Source: a virus. Taken from it: a stretch of DNA of 64,000 bases. The stretch is from positions 64,001 to 128,000 of IMG/VR virus record IMGVR_UViG_3300042314_001189. One strand, given 5' to 3'. Shown here one piece after another: positions 49,945-60,559 of the stretch (position 1 is the first letter of the stretch; every line of letters starts with the position of its first letter). The notes below the pieces were generated by a model. It saw nothing but the letters and a program-made list of their open reading frames with translations, had not been told where the DNA came from and made no database searches. Position numbers and translations under genes: made by a program.

Positions 49945-50256
49945 ATGGTAATGGATTTTTTAAAAGAAATCCTTTCAAACCCATACTATTCATCTTTGAT
50001 TGTTTTAGTAACTCAAATATGCATGTTATATTTGAGAACTATAAATATTGTTTACACTACCGAACATAACATATACGGTGCAATATGGTCAAACAATTTA
50101 TTTGCGATTGCATGGTTATTGTCAACATCAATTGGCTTGAATGCAATATTGACTGGTAATATTTTACCAATCATTGCTTTTTTGGTTGGTGGTAGTCTTG
50201 GGACATATTTTGGTATGAAAAAAGAAATTAAGAAACGTGAAAATCAAAAGAGTTAA
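49945..50256 (+). CDS. Small multi-TM membrane protein
   Basis: Three hydrophobic helices. Confidence 0.5.
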   Translation: MVMDFLKEILSNPYYSSLIVLVTQICMLYLRTINIVYTTEHNIYGAIWSNNLFAIAWLLSTSIGLNAILTGNILPIIAFLVGGSLGTYFGMKKEIKKRENQKS

Positions 50257-50258
50257 AA

Positions 50259-50633
50259 ATGAACAAAGAGGAACTTGAAAATTATTTGGAATCCATTGGT
50301 GGTCTTTACGATTGGAAAGGTAGAACCCACACAAAGGCTAACATATTTGGTGTTGGCGAAGGGTGGTATAGTTTATTAAAAAATCTAATTGAAGAACTAT
50401 TGGAAATTGGTTGGGATAGACATTTGACACAATGTAAAGAAAAGTTCGGTGGATTAAGGTTTTATCTATCAACATATCCAGAAGGTTCTGATGCGATAAT
50501 CTCAAAATACGAATCGTTATCATATAAGACTTGTGAAGTTTGTGGTGAAGAAGGTGTTTTAAGAAAAGCGTCTTGGTTAGCTGTTAGATGTGATGAACAC
50601 TCCGAAGGTAACCCACCATACGCAAATAATTAA
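50259..50633 (+). CDS. Conserved phage protein (KEKFGGLRFY, CEVCG)
   Basis: Recurrent phage motif. Confidence 0.55.
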   Translation: MNKEELENYLESIGGLYDWKGRTHTKANIFGVGEGWYSLLKNLIEELLEIGWDRHLTQCKEKFGGLRFYLSTYPEGSDAIISKYESLSYKTCEVCGEEGVLRKASWLAVRCDEHSEGNPPYANN

Positions 50634-51113
50634 AGAATTATTTGGAAATCACAAAAATTATTTGTACCTTTGTAATATGAAAACAATTGAAGTTGATGGA
50701 ATCATAGTAAATTATGATTTAGAAAGTCTAGCAAATGAAGTAAATAATATTCAATATGAAATTGAGAACTTCATTGATAACCATAGAACAAGTGGTGGTA
50801 AAGGGGAATTACATGAAGATGCTCCAACTGAGGAAGAATTCATAAACCTTAGAACACAATTCGCTAACGAGATTTTGAATATTGAAGAAAGGTTACCAGA
50901 ATTAATATCTGAAAATTTATTCTTAACCAAAAAAGGTATTCCAGCTAAAGGTAGACGGAGACCAATACTTATGGCACATAATGATTTTTATGTGAACGTA
51001 ATAGATGAATATGACCATGACTTACAATTTGATAGACCTTATTTAAAATTAGACATGATTGGTGATAAAGAAGGTAGATTAATTATTCACGAAATGCAAA
51101 CAAATTATTAATT

Positions 51114-51623
51114 ATGAATTATACAGATAAAACCTACAAAGAAGCCAGAATGGTAGCCGTCAAAGCCCACTCTAACCAATCCTATGATGAAATTTTTCCT
51201 TATGAGAAACACTTAGACGATGTTGTTGATGTTTTGAAAAGATTTGGTTTTTCTGGTAAATTTATTGTTGCTGGCTATCTGCATGATGCGATAGAGGATG
51301 ATGGTATATCTTACAACGACATCAAGAAACACTTTGGTGTTGAAGTTGCCGAGATGGTATTTTGTGTGACTGACGAGTTAGGTCGCAATAGAAAAGAGAA
51401 AAAAGAAAAGACTTTACCTAAAACAGCTAGTAATCCAGATGCTATTATCCTTAAATTGGGTGACCGTATCGCCAACATTGAACATGGTGGTAAAATAGAC
51501 ATGTATGCCAAAGAGTATCAAGAGTTTAAAGGTGCGTTATACTTGAACACGCCATCTGATGGTAAAAAAATGTGGGAATATTTAGATAAATTATTGAAAA
51601 TAAATTTGGTGGAATCAAATTAA
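51114..51623 (+). CDS. HD-domain small alarmone hydrolase (RelA/SpoT hydrolase, Mesh1-like)
   Basis: AH..Q, PY..H, LHDAIED, VTD, KLGDRIAN. Confidence 0.8.
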   Translation: MNYTDKTYKEARMVAVKAHSNQSYDEIFPYEKHLDDVVDVLKRFGFSGKFIVAGYLHDAIEDDGISYNDIKKHFGVEVAEMVFCVTDELGRNRKEKKEKTLPKTASNPDAIILKLGDRIANIEHGGKIDMYAKEYQEFKGALYLNTPSDGKKMWEYLDKLLKINLVESN

Positions 51624-51655
51624 TTTACTACCTTTGTATCATTAAAATAAATAAT

Positions 51656-53050
51656 ATGAAAATAAAACAAATTTTTGATGAAATCGCTGCTGAACCTGGG
51701 ACAAATGCGAAAATGGATATCCTTAAAAAATATAAGGATAATGAATTGTTAAGACGTGTATTGTATTTGGCTAACTCTAAACGAGTTAAGTATTACATCA
51801 AACGCATCCCAAGCTACGAATATTTTGGTGTTAATTACTCTTTGGAACAAGCATTGGGTATAATCCTAGCAATCTCAAATAGAGATGTTACTGGTCAGTT
51901 AGCTATCGATAAATTAGTTTTGGTTTTAGAGAATGTAGATGCTGATGATGCTTACATAATTGAGCGTATCATTGAGAAAGATTGTAAAATCGGAATGGGT
52001 ACGTCAAACATGAACAAGGTAATCAAAGGATTGATTGAAGACACACCTTATATGGGTGCTGTGTCTTTTGATGAAAAGAAAGCACGTAAGATTTTTGAAA
52101 AAGGTGGCAAAGGTATCTCACAAGTAAAAATGGATGGTCGTTACTGTAACGCAATAATCCGTGCTGGTGAAGTTGAATTAGAAAGTCGTCAAGGCGAACC
52201 TACAATTGTAACTGGTGCTAAATTTGTTGAAGAACTAACACAACTTGATGATTGTGTTTTGAATGGTGAATTGACAATGGACGGAATACCACGTTATGAG
52301 TCAAACGGTATTATCGCATCAATTATTGATATCTGTGGTAAGAAAGAAAGTAGAACAGATAAAGAAAACGAAAAGAAATTAGCTACGTTTGAAGAAAAAC
52401 ATGGTAATTTTGAAGAAGCGTTGAGTAAAATACGTTACACTGTTTGGGATAGAATTGGTATTGATGAATACTTTGATACAAAATCAATTGTACCATACAA
52501 CAAACGTGCTATCGAGTTAAATAGAGCGTTAAAAAATATTGAAACAACAAAAGTATCAATAGTAGAAGGGGTTGTTGTTAACAGTTACGAAGAAGCTATC
52601 AGCCATTTCCAAGAAATCTTGGCTCGTGGTGAAGAAGGTACAATTTTAAAGTCGTATGATGGTGAATGGAAAGATGGTAAACCAACATGGCAAATAAAAA
52701 TGAAATTGGAGTTAGCGTTGGATTTGGTGATTACTGGTTTTAATTATGGCACCAAAGGTACTAAAAACGAAAACGTTGTTAGCTCTTTGAACGCTGAAAC
52801 ATCATGTGGTAAACTAAAAACTAGACCACAAGGTTTGACTGAAAGTTTAATGGCAGAAATAACCGAAAACCAAGAAAACTTGTTGGGTACGATTATCGAA
52901 GTTAAATGCTCTGGTTTATCGTTTGACAACACTGGTGCTTACTCACTATTATACCCAGCTTTTAAAGGGTTTAGAGATGACAAATCAGAGGCTAACTCAC
53001 TTGACGAGTGTATTGAAATACAAAATGCAGCAATAGGTTTAACAGTTTAA
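51656..53050 (+). CDS. ATP-dependent DNA ligase
   Basis: KMDGR, LNGEL, EGTILK, KMK, C-terminal FRDDK OB fold. Confidence 0.9.
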   Translation: MKIKQIFDEIAAEPGTNAKMDILKKYKDNELLRRVLYLANSKRVKYYIKRIPSYEYFGVNYSLEQALGIILAISNRDVTGQLAIDKLVLVLENVDADDAYIIERIIEKDCKIGMGTSNMNKVIKGLIEDTPYMGAVSFDEKKARKIFEKGGKGISQVKMDGRYCNAIIRAGEVELESRQGEPTIVTGAKFVEELTQLDDCVLNGELTMDGIPRYESNGIIASIIDICGKKESRTDKENEKKLATFEEKHGNFEEALSKIRYTVWDRIGIDEYFDTKSIVPYNKRAIELNRALKNIETTKVSIVEGVVVNSYEEAISHFQEILARGEEGTILKSYDGEWKDGKPTWQIKMKLELALDLVITGFNYGTKGTKNENVVSSLNAETSCGKLKTRPQGLTESLMAEITENQENLLGTIIEVKCSGLSFDNTGAYSLLYPAFKGFRDDKSEANSLDECIEIQNAAIGLTV

Positions 53051-53060
53051 AAATAAAAAA

Positions 53061-53519
53061 ATGAAAAAATTATTATTAGTTTTAATGGTCTTAGTTTCGG
53101 TAGAATCATGGGGTCAATGTAGTGAAAATACCTTGAATAAATACGTTTCTTGGGGTGTTTCAATGTCCAACAACTCAGATTTTAATACTGGTTCTTACAG
53201 TTCGTTAGAGTTTGGTGTTATCTACAATGATGTAGCTGCTGGTTTGGTTTTTGGTCGTGGTAGTTTACAAGGTGTTTTTGATAAAACAGACAATATTAGA
53301 AATTATTTCTATGAGTTAAAAGTATCACCATCTTTTCCGATAGGTAAAGTATATGGAAACATTATTTTAGGTGTTGGTGGTTACATTGATACAAAGCATA
53401 ACTTTATTGAATATGGGTTGGGCGTTTCTTACACGCACAAGAAAATAGGTTATGGTGTTTCTTTTACTAATTGGGATGGTGTTGATTATGTTACCCCATC
53501 TATCACGTTTAATTTTTAA
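53061..53519 (+). CDS. Small outer-membrane beta-barrel protein
   Basis: Signal peptide, alternating strands, terminal Phe. Confidence 0.55.
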   Translation: MKKLLLVLMVLVSVESWGQCSENTLNKYVSWGVSMSNNSDFNTGSYSSLEFGVIYNDVAAGLVFGRGSLQGVFDKTDNIRNYFYELKVSPSFPIGKVYGNIILGVGGYIDTKHNFIEYGLGVSYTHKKIGYGVSFTNWDGVDYVTPSITFNF

Positions 53520-53528
53520 AAACACGTT

Positions 53529-54572
53529 ATGAAAAAAATGATTAAATTTCCGTCTATTGAACAATTTAGAACAGTTGTTTCTAATGTGAATAGACACTTC
53601 AATTTTGTTGGTTTGGATGAAAACGGTGAGGCTATTTATGACCCAACGTTACCAAAACCAGTTATCACATTCAAAGGTACTGTAAAATTACATGGTACAA
53701 ATGCTTCGGTGTCATTTAACGCACCAAGTGGTATGTGGGCGCAATCTCGTGAGAATATCATCACACCAGAAAAAGATAACGCTGGCTTTGCATTCTTTGC
53801 GCATTCAAATGAAACGGCATTAATGCGTTTCTTCCATGATGTTGCTGCTAATAACAATATTGACATGCATAAAAACACAATCACTATTTATGGTGAGTGG
53901 GCTGGTGGAAATATTCAAAAAGGTGTTGGTATTTGCAATTTACCTAAGTCTTTCTTTATCTTTGGTGTTAAAATCACACCACATACTGAAAGTGAGGAAG
54001 AATTAAAAGCTAACCCAGCTTATTGGGTTGATTATTCTTACTTAAAAAACAATGAAGTTAAAATTTACAATATTAACGATTACCCAACGTATTCAATCGA
54101 TATTGATTTTAACATGCCACAGTTGGTTCAAAATCAATTATCTGAATTAACTATTGCTGTTGAAGAAGAATGCCCAGTTGCTAAAGCGTTTGGTTTTTCT
54201 GGGATTGGTGAGGGTATTGTTTGGTCTGCCGAGTTCAAAGGTAATGTACATAGGTTCAAGGTGAAGGGCGAGAAGCACAGCTCTTCAAAAGTAAAGACGT
54301 TAGCAGCTGTTGATGTTGAAAAATTGAACTCAATCAAAGATTTTGTTGACTATGCAGTTTCTGAAAGCAGATTTAACCAAGCTTTGGAAAATGTTTTTCC
54401 TAACAATGAACCTATTGACGTAAAGAAAATGGGTGACGTTATTAGATGGGTTGTAAATGATGTTATCAAAGAAGAAATGGACACATTGGTAGAAAACCAA
54501 TTGGAACCAAAAGAAATAAATAAATACGTTTCTTCAAAAGTTAGAGAAATGTTTTTCAAACAAACAGTATAA
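53529..54572 (+). CDS. RNA ligase (Rnl2-like)
   Basis: KLHGTN, QSR, YGEW, EGIV, FKVK. Confidence 0.8.
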   Translation: MKKMIKFPSIEQFRTVVSNVNRHFNFVGLDENGEAIYDPTLPKPVITFKGTVKLHGTNASVSFNAPSGMWAQSRENIITPEKDNAGFAFFAHSNETALMRFFHDVAANNNIDMHKNTITIYGEWAGGNIQKGVGICNLPKSFFIFGVKITPHTESEEELKANPAYWVDYSYLKNNEVKIYNINDYPTYSIDIDFNMPQLVQNQLSELTIAVEEECPVAKAFGFSGIGEGIVWSAEFKGNVHRFKVKGEKHSSSKVKTLAAVDVEKLNSIKDFVDYAVSESRFNQALENVFPNNEPIDVKKMGDVIRWVVNDVIKEEMDTLVENQLEPKEINKYVSSKVREMFFKQTV

Positions 54573-54751
54573 TATGATAAAGAACAAAGTATACAAACTA
54601 AAAAAAGCAACAGAGGTTGGTAAAGATATGCCTTTACAAGCTGGTCAAGAAATTGAAATCGTAATGGATGTTGTCTACATCAATGGAAACATGGTGCCAC
54701 CAACATTACAACCATTGTTTTACAATTTTATAACCAAAAACGAAAACTTAT

Positions 54752-55249
54752 TTGACGATGTTACTAGAACGTGGTAAAAAGAAATGCGACTGTGGAAACA
54801 CAGCCGTATGGGTTTATATGCCTGGTTATGGTGATGGTTCAAATCCATACATTTGTGATGATTGTGTATCATCACCAGATGATATTGGTTGTTCATGTAA
54901 TTGGCACTATGGTAAAGAACAAGAAGGTTTACCTACTGATTTACCAGAAGGTATTGAGGGTAAAGATTGGCGATGGATTGAACACGAAGGTGACGAGTAC
55001 GTTGATAAGATATCTAAAGAAGAAGATGGTTATTGGCAATACTTGGATGAACGTGGTAGACCATATCCATGTTCGGAATATGAATATGATAAAGATGGGT
55101 TTCCAGAATTGACATGGTTGGGTGATAAAGTTTATGACTTATCTTATCGATGGTATTTCTTCAAAATAAAATTAAAAAATAAGTTTATAGCTTGGAAGAA
55201 AAAAAATATTGTTGACGATGTTCCAAAACATTTAGAAGATAATTTCTAA
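54752..55249 (+). CDS. Cys-rich hypothetical protein
   Basis: CDC, CDDC, CSC. Confidence 0.45.
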   Translation: MTMLLERGKKKCDCGNTAVWVYMPGYGDGSNPYICDDCVSSPDDIGCSCNWHYGKEQEGLPTDLPEGIEGKDWRWIEHEGDEYVDKISKEEDGYWQYLDERGRPYPCSEYEYDKDGFPELTWLGDKVYDLSYRWYFFKIKLKNKFIAWKKKNIVDDVPKHLEDNF

Positions 55250-55304
55250 AAAATTTTGTTTATTTAATTTTTTTTACTACCTTTGTGGTGTTAAAATAGT
55301 TTTT

Positions 55305-56612
55305 ATGATAGTAAAAGAAAACGGTTTAAGATATGCTAAGTTAATCCATGTATCAGTAGATAACGGAATGACTAGCAACAGTAATAAGGTGTATATAATG
55401 GAAGAGTTGCCAGATGGTCGTATCAAATGTGAATATGGTCGTGTTGGTAAATCTTTGGTCACTGAATATAAACCTAGCTCTAAATGGGATAGTGTGTTGA
55501 AGCAAAAACTATCTAAAACAAAAGGTTACACTGATGTAACTGATTTGTTGGCAGAACCAGTTGTCGATGAAACAAAACCAACCAATAACAAAGTAGAAAA
55601 CATCAAAAATGAGATTGTTAGAAAGCTGGTTGATGAGTTGATGTCGTTTGCCAACAAGTCAATCCAAAAGAACTATAAGGTAACGCAAGAAGCCGTATCG
55701 GAACAACAAGTCAATGCTGCTCAAGAAATCATCAGCAACATTAGTGGTTTAATTAAAATTGGGGTTGATATTAAACATGTTAATGACATGTTATTGAAAC
55801 TTTATACCATTATCCCTAGAAGAATGGATAATGTTAAGAACCATTTATTTGATGATATTACGGATGATAATAGATTATCAATAGCTCAAAGGTTAATCGA
55901 TAATGAGCAATCAGCACTAGACACTATGGCTGGTCAAGTTGAGTTATTGAAACAGCAAAGAGAAGCTGCCAAAAAAGCTGCTGAAGCGGAAGCTGAGGGT
56001 AAAAAAGAAGAAGTTAGTGAAATCACAATATTAGACCAAATGGGTTTAACCATTGAGGTTGAAAACGATACGGAAACGCTTGAACTAATCAAAAAATTGA
56101 TGGGTCCAAACGTAAATCAAATGAAACGTGTTTTTAAAGTTGTTAACAAAAAGACACAACTTAGGTTTGATAAACACATGGACAAAGTTGAAGTTAAAAA
56201 GAAAAGATTTTACTGGCATGGGTCTAGAAATGAAAACTGGTTTAACATTTTGCAAACTGGTTTGTTAATCAGACCATCTGGTGCTGTACATACTGGGTCT
56301 ATGTTTGGTGATGGTATCTATTTTGCTGACAAAGCACAGAAATCAATTGGTTACACATCTTTAAGAGGCTCATATTGGGCACATGGTGGTGATAACAAAG
56401 CATTTTTAGCGTTGTTTGACGTACATTTAGGTAAACAAAAAGAAATCCTACATCACAACTCTAGTTGTTACTCTTTGTCTAAAAAAGTTTTGGATAAAGA
56501 AGGGTTTGATAGTGTCTTTGCAAAAGGTGGTGCTGACCTAAGAAATAACGAATATATAGTATATGACTCAGCGCAATGTACTGTATCACATTTAATTGAA
56601 ATATCAAATTAA
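55305..56612 (+). CDS. PARP-like ADP-ribosyltransferase (WGR + regulatory + catalytic domains)
   Basis: NSNKVY...YGRVG (WGR), YTIIP, WHGS, MFGDGIYFAD, KSIGY, NEYIVYD (H-Y-E triad). Confidence 0.85.
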   Translation: MIVKENGLRYAKLIHVSVDNGMTSNSNKVYIMEELPDGRIKCEYGRVGKSLVTEYKPSSKWDSVLKQKLSKTKGYTDVTDLLAEPVVDETKPTNNKVENIKNEIVRKLVDELMSFANKSIQKNYKVTQEAVSEQQVNAAQEIISNISGLIKIGVDIKHVNDMLLKLYTIIPRRMDNVKNHLFDDITDDNRLSIAQRLIDNEQSALDTMAGQVELLKQQREAAKKAAEAEAEGKKEEVSEITILDQMGLTIEVENDTETLELIKKLMGPNVNQMKRVFKVVNKKTQLRFDKHMDKVEVKKKRFYWHGSRNENWFNILQTGLLIRPSGAVHTGSMFGDGIYFADKAQKSIGYTSLRGSYWAHGGDNKAFLALFDVHLGKQKEILHHNSSCYSLSKKVLDKEGFDSVFAKGGADLRNNEYIVYDSAQCTVSHLIEISN

Positions 56613-57330
56613 TATGAGTATAAATTTAAAAACGGGTTATGAATGGTGTTTAGATGCCAACATGCGAATATTGGACATATCATCATGGGATACTAATTGG
56701 GCCTTTTACGAACAATCGTATTACGAAGAAAAAATAGATTTGAAAGAATTTTACAGACGCATCGAATTGTGTAAAGTGAAAGCTAATTCAATGCCACGTA
56801 AAACTATGATGTTCTTGGAATACAGAATGTATGGACTTGTACCGTACAACTTATCACCAATCCAACAAGGTATCCAATTTGGACATGCTGTTGTAGATTA
56901 TGGTCGAACAGCCGAGGGGTTGCCACCACATTTTGAAATATATAAAAAATGGGCCGACAAAGACAAGACGTTTATTATTTTGAATGGTGGAACAACCAAC
57001 AACAACCCAGAAAGGTTAGGAACGTTGAATCAACACATGAATACTCTTCGTGAAAATGGTGTTTTGTTGCAAGAGTTCCATGAACCAGACTTGGGTGACC
57101 AATTGACAGCATTTGTGTTTTTGGTTGATGAGCGAGTGTTTAATAGAACAATCTACCCAGACTTTGTTGGAACACCATATCCATGGCCAGCACATAAAAA
57201 ACCTACTGAGAAACAACTTTCACAATGGGAAGCCGAAAATAGTAAAAACTACAAAGCATGGGAAGAAAAAATAGGTGGCGAAAAAAACGCTTTTCTTAGA
57301 GATTATTTAAGAGCTTTAAAACTGGCTTAA
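56596..57330 (+). CDS. Protein with Pth2-like domain
   Basis: QQGIQFGHA...KTFIILNGG...FHEPDLGDQLTA. Confidence 0.6.
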   Translation: MKYQINMSINLKTGYEWCLDANMRILDISSWDTNWAFYEQSYYEEKIDLKEFYRRIELCKVKANSMPRKTMMFLEYRMYGLVPYNLSPIQQGIQFGHAVVDYGRTAEGLPPHFEIYKKWADKDKTFIILNGGTTNNNPERLGTLNQHMNTLRENGVLLQEFHEPDLGDQLTAFVFLVDERVFNRTIYPDFVGTPYPWPAHKKPTEKQLSQWEAENSKNYKAWEEKIGGEKNAFLRDYLRALKLA

Positions 57331-57360
57331 AACTTGATTTTTTCATAATTTTCCTTATAA

Positions 57361-57945
57361 TTGTATATGGAAGATTATGAAAGACAAGAGGAAATTGTAA
57401 ATTATTTAAACAAATACTATTATGTAAATGATTCGTATTTTTTTAATAGACAACATGAACAAGAATGGGGTTTATTAATAATTGAGACACTTACAAAAGT
57501 ATTTTGTCACGATGTTAGCCTTACAGAAAACACTTTAAAAGAGTGGGCTTATAATAAAGGCTTATCAGAAGAAGACTACATAAAAGCGACTGGTACTAGA
57601 AAGTTAAAAGCTACTTGGTCACCAGAAATGGCTCAAGATTTAGGTAGGTATGGTGTCATTGATGCTGAAGAAGAATTATTATCTATCTTATCTGAGCAAA
57701 TTGCTAGAGAAATAGACGCACAAATATTATTAGATTTAAAAGGTCAATTAAAAGGTGAAGATTTTTTAGGTGTGATGGAATGTGTTGGATATACGACAAC
57801 ACCTTTGATATATGACCCGATAACATTCGCACCTAAAAGAGGTTTCATTTCAATGAAATACTACGATATTCAATATGCAAGACAGAATAACATTATATGG
57901 AAAAATTGGGTTCGAACCAGAGAACAAAACCAACAAGCACAATAA
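57361..57945 (+). CDS. Protein containing a T4 gp23-like major capsid fragment
   Basis: TRKLKATWSPEMAQDL...IDAEEELLSILSEQIAREIDAQIL. Confidence 0.6.
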   Translation: MYMEDYERQEEIVNYLNKYYYVNDSYFFNRQHEQEWGLLIIETLTKVFCHDVSLTENTLKEWAYNKGLSEEDYIKATGTRKLKATWSPEMAQDLGRYGVIDAEEELLSILSEQIAREIDAQILLDLKGQLKGEDFLGVMECVGYTTTPLIYDPITFAPKRGFISMKYYDIQYARQNNIIWKNWVRTREQNQQAQ

Positions 57946-58399
57946 CCAAGCTAGTTGGAAGAAAATTGCCATGGTTTTTATTGATGGTGATGTATCTGAA
58001 TATTATGCTTGGTTTGTAAAGAAAAGATACAATCTAACGCTTAATAAACCATTGCGTGGGGCTCACGTATCATTCATAAACGATAGTATGAGAGACTTAT
58101 CTCAAAATGGTCAAAAGAGCAACGAAGAAGTTGAAGCATTGTGGGAATCAGTAAAACAAAAATGGGACGGTAAAGAAATTCCAATCGTGTTGGATTTAAC
58201 ACCAAAAACAAATGACGAACACTGGTGGTTAAATATACCACATGATGAAAGAGAACTTCTACAATCAATAAGAAATGAATTAGGGTTAGGCAAACCTTTT
58301 TTTGGTATGCACATGTCGATAGGATATGCAAACGATAAGAATATTCATCATTCAATCTATATTCACGATTTAATTAAAAAAGGGTTTATTACTAATTAA
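57875..58399 (+). CDS. 2H phosphoesterase-like protein
   Basis: Two HxS motifs (GAHVSF, MHMSIG) about 80 aa apart. Confidence 0.55.
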   Translation: MQDRITLYGKIGFEPENKTNKHNNQASWKKIAMVFIDGDVSEYYAWFVKKRYNLTLNKPLRGAHVSFINDSMRDLSQNGQKSNEEVEALWESVKQKWDGKEIPIVLDLTPKTNDEHWWLNIPHDERELLQSIRNELGLGKPFFGMHMSIGYANDKNIHHSIYIHDLIKKGFITN

Positions 58400-58494
58400 A
58401 TTTTAACCAGGTTTTATTCACAAAAGTAAGTCGTTTTAATACATGTGGACTATTTATATTTTAGTATATAATAGTCCACATTTGTTTTTAAAAT

Positions 58495-60099
58495 ATGTTG
58501 TTAAAAAGTAAAATCTCGTTAGTGCTTTCATTATTGATAATGATATTGTATTTCACTGTTCAATCCTTATTGGTTTTTGATATTATTCAATATTCAAAAA
58601 ATTTAGGGTATTTTGGTTATGGTTGTTTCATAGCATTTTTATTCCCTTTTTATATTTTTGCCAAAGGGTTTATTAAAAATGCGAATCAAATCAAAAGTAA
58701 TTTCAACCAAACTCAAAAATTTATAGACGAAGCGTCTATTATTTCAAAAGCTGATGCTAATGGTAAAATAACGTATGTAAATAAAAAATTTACAGACGTT
58801 TCTGGTTGGTCCTTAGAAGAAGTCGTGGGTAAAGACCATAATATTGTTAATTCTAATACACACCCAAAAGAGTTTTGGTCTAATATGTATAAAACAGTCG
58901 TTAAAGACAAAAAAATATGGAACGAGATTGTAACCAACAAGGGTAAAAACGGTGATTTTTATTATGTTGATACCTATATAAAAGCTGAGTTTGATAGTGA
59001 AACAAATAAATTGTTAGGTTTCACGTCAATAAGACAAGATGTTACAGAATTGAAAAGAAAAGAGGGTGAAATTTCTAATAGAATGAACGCTATTAATAAA
59101 TCTAATGCTGTTATTGAGTTTGATTTAGATGGTAATATAAAGTTTGCAAATGATTTATTTTTAAACACACTAGGTTATGAACACCAAGATGAAATCGTAG
59201 GAAAACATCATAGTATATTTATTGAAGATGAATATAAAAATAGTGATGAATATAAAGATTTTTGGAAAACATTAAGACAAGGCGTTTTCTTTAGCGGTGA
59301 AATTACCAGAAAGAAAAAAAATGGTAATTTAATTTATCTTCAAGCAACGTATAACCCTATTATAGGAACCGATGGAAATGTTTATAGCGTAATGAAAATT
59401 GCTACTGATATTACCGAAAGCTACAATCAACAGCTGGAGATTGATAAGAAAAACACATATCTAGAACATGCTGCTAAGATACTTAGACATGACATGCATT
59501 CTGGTATAAATACTTATATGCCAAGAGGGGTATCATCTTTGGAAAGAAGATTAACACCAGAAATTGTAGATTCTATAAAATTAGAGGCACCTTTAAAAAT
59601 GATAAAAGAAGGTTTGAAACACACTCAAAAAGTATATAAAGGTGTATATGAATTTACAAATTTAGTAAAAACTGATGTAGTTTTAACAAAAACTGAATGT
59701 AGTATTCAGAAAATAATGGATGATTATTTAACTTCTACTGCTTACAAATCACAAGTTCATTTAGATGATAACTTACCTACATTAGAGGTTAATGAATCTT
59801 TGATGTGTACGTCAATTGATAATTTAATTAGGAATGGTTTAAAATATAATGATAGTAAAAGTAAAGTGGTTAAAATTTACAGCGAAGGTGACTATATTTG
59901 TATTGAAGATAACGGTAGGGGTATTACCCAAAAAGAATTTGAAGAACTTTCAAAACCTTACGTTAGAAAAGAAGGGCAAAAAGAAACGGGTAGCGGTTTA
60001 GGGCTTAACATATGTAAAGCTATTTTAAAAGAACATGGTTTTGATATCACAGCTGAAAAGTTAGAACAAGGTACAAAATTAAGAATAAAAATAAAATAA
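58495..60099 (+). CDS. PAS-PAS sensor histidine kinase
   Basis: Two TM helices, two PAS/PAC domains, LRHDMH, NLIRNGLKY, EDNGRG, GSGLGL. Confidence 0.9.
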   Translation: MLLKSKISLVLSLLIMILYFTVQSLLVFDIIQYSKNLGYFGYGCFIAFLFPFYIFAKGFIKNANQIKSNFNQTQKFIDEASIISKADANGKITYVNKKFTDVSGWSLEEVVGKDHNIVNSNTHPKEFWSNMYKTVVKDKKIWNEIVTNKGKNGDFYYVDTYIKAEFDSETNKLLGFTSIRQDVTELKRKEGEISNRMNAINKSNAVIEFDLDGNIKFANDLFLNTLGYEHQDEIVGKHHSIFIEDEYKNSDEYKDFWKTLRQGVFFSGEITRKKKNGNLIYLQATYNPIIGTDGNVYSVMKIATDITESYNQQLEIDKKNTYLEHAAKILRHDMHSGINTYMPRGVSSLERRLTPEIVDSIKLEAPLKMIKEGLKHTQKVYKGVYEFTNLVKTDVVLTKTECSIQKIMDDYLTSTAYKSQVHLDDNLPTLEVNESLMCTSIDNLIRNGLKYNDSKSKVVKIYSEGDYICIEDNGRGITQKEFEELSKPYVRKEGQKETGSGLGLNICKAILKEHGFDITAEKLEQGTKLRIKIK

Positions 60100-60121
60100 A
60101 AAGTAAAAAAAAACAAAAAAA

Positions 60122-60559
60122 ATGATTAATTCTATTTTATTGGTGGATGACGAAGATTTATTCCACTTAGTGTTTGAAGACGCATGCAGTCTTTTAGATA
60201 TAACGCTTTCATTAGAAAGTTTAGATAGTGCTGACACAGCTGAAACTATGTTTAAAGAGTGGACTGAAAAAGGTGACATCTCAAATAAACCAGAATGTGT
60301 GTTTGTTGACTTAAATATAATTGGTTCATCTTATGATGGGATTGAATTGATTAGAAAAATCAATTTTGATTATGGTAACAACGTTGTTATTGGTATTATA
60401 TCATCTAGTGACGAAGCTAACGAGCAAGCTAAAGCTATCCAAGCTGGTGCACAATTTTGGATTATAAAATCAGATGAAATCGAACCAAGATTGGAAGAAT
60501 TCAGAAAAGACTACGAAGGTTATAAAAACAAAACAAATCCGTTTAAAATCTATAGATAA
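60122..60559 (+). CDS. Single-domain response regulator
   Basis: LLVDDE, FVDLN, ISSS, IIK. Confidence 0.9.
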   Translation: MINSILLVDDEDLFHLVFEDACSLLDITLSLESLDSADTAETMFKEWTEKGDISNKPECVFVDLNIIGSSYDGIELIRKINFDYGNNVVIGIISSSDEANEQAKAIQAGAQFWIIKSDEIEPRLEEFRKDYEGYKNKTNPFKIYR

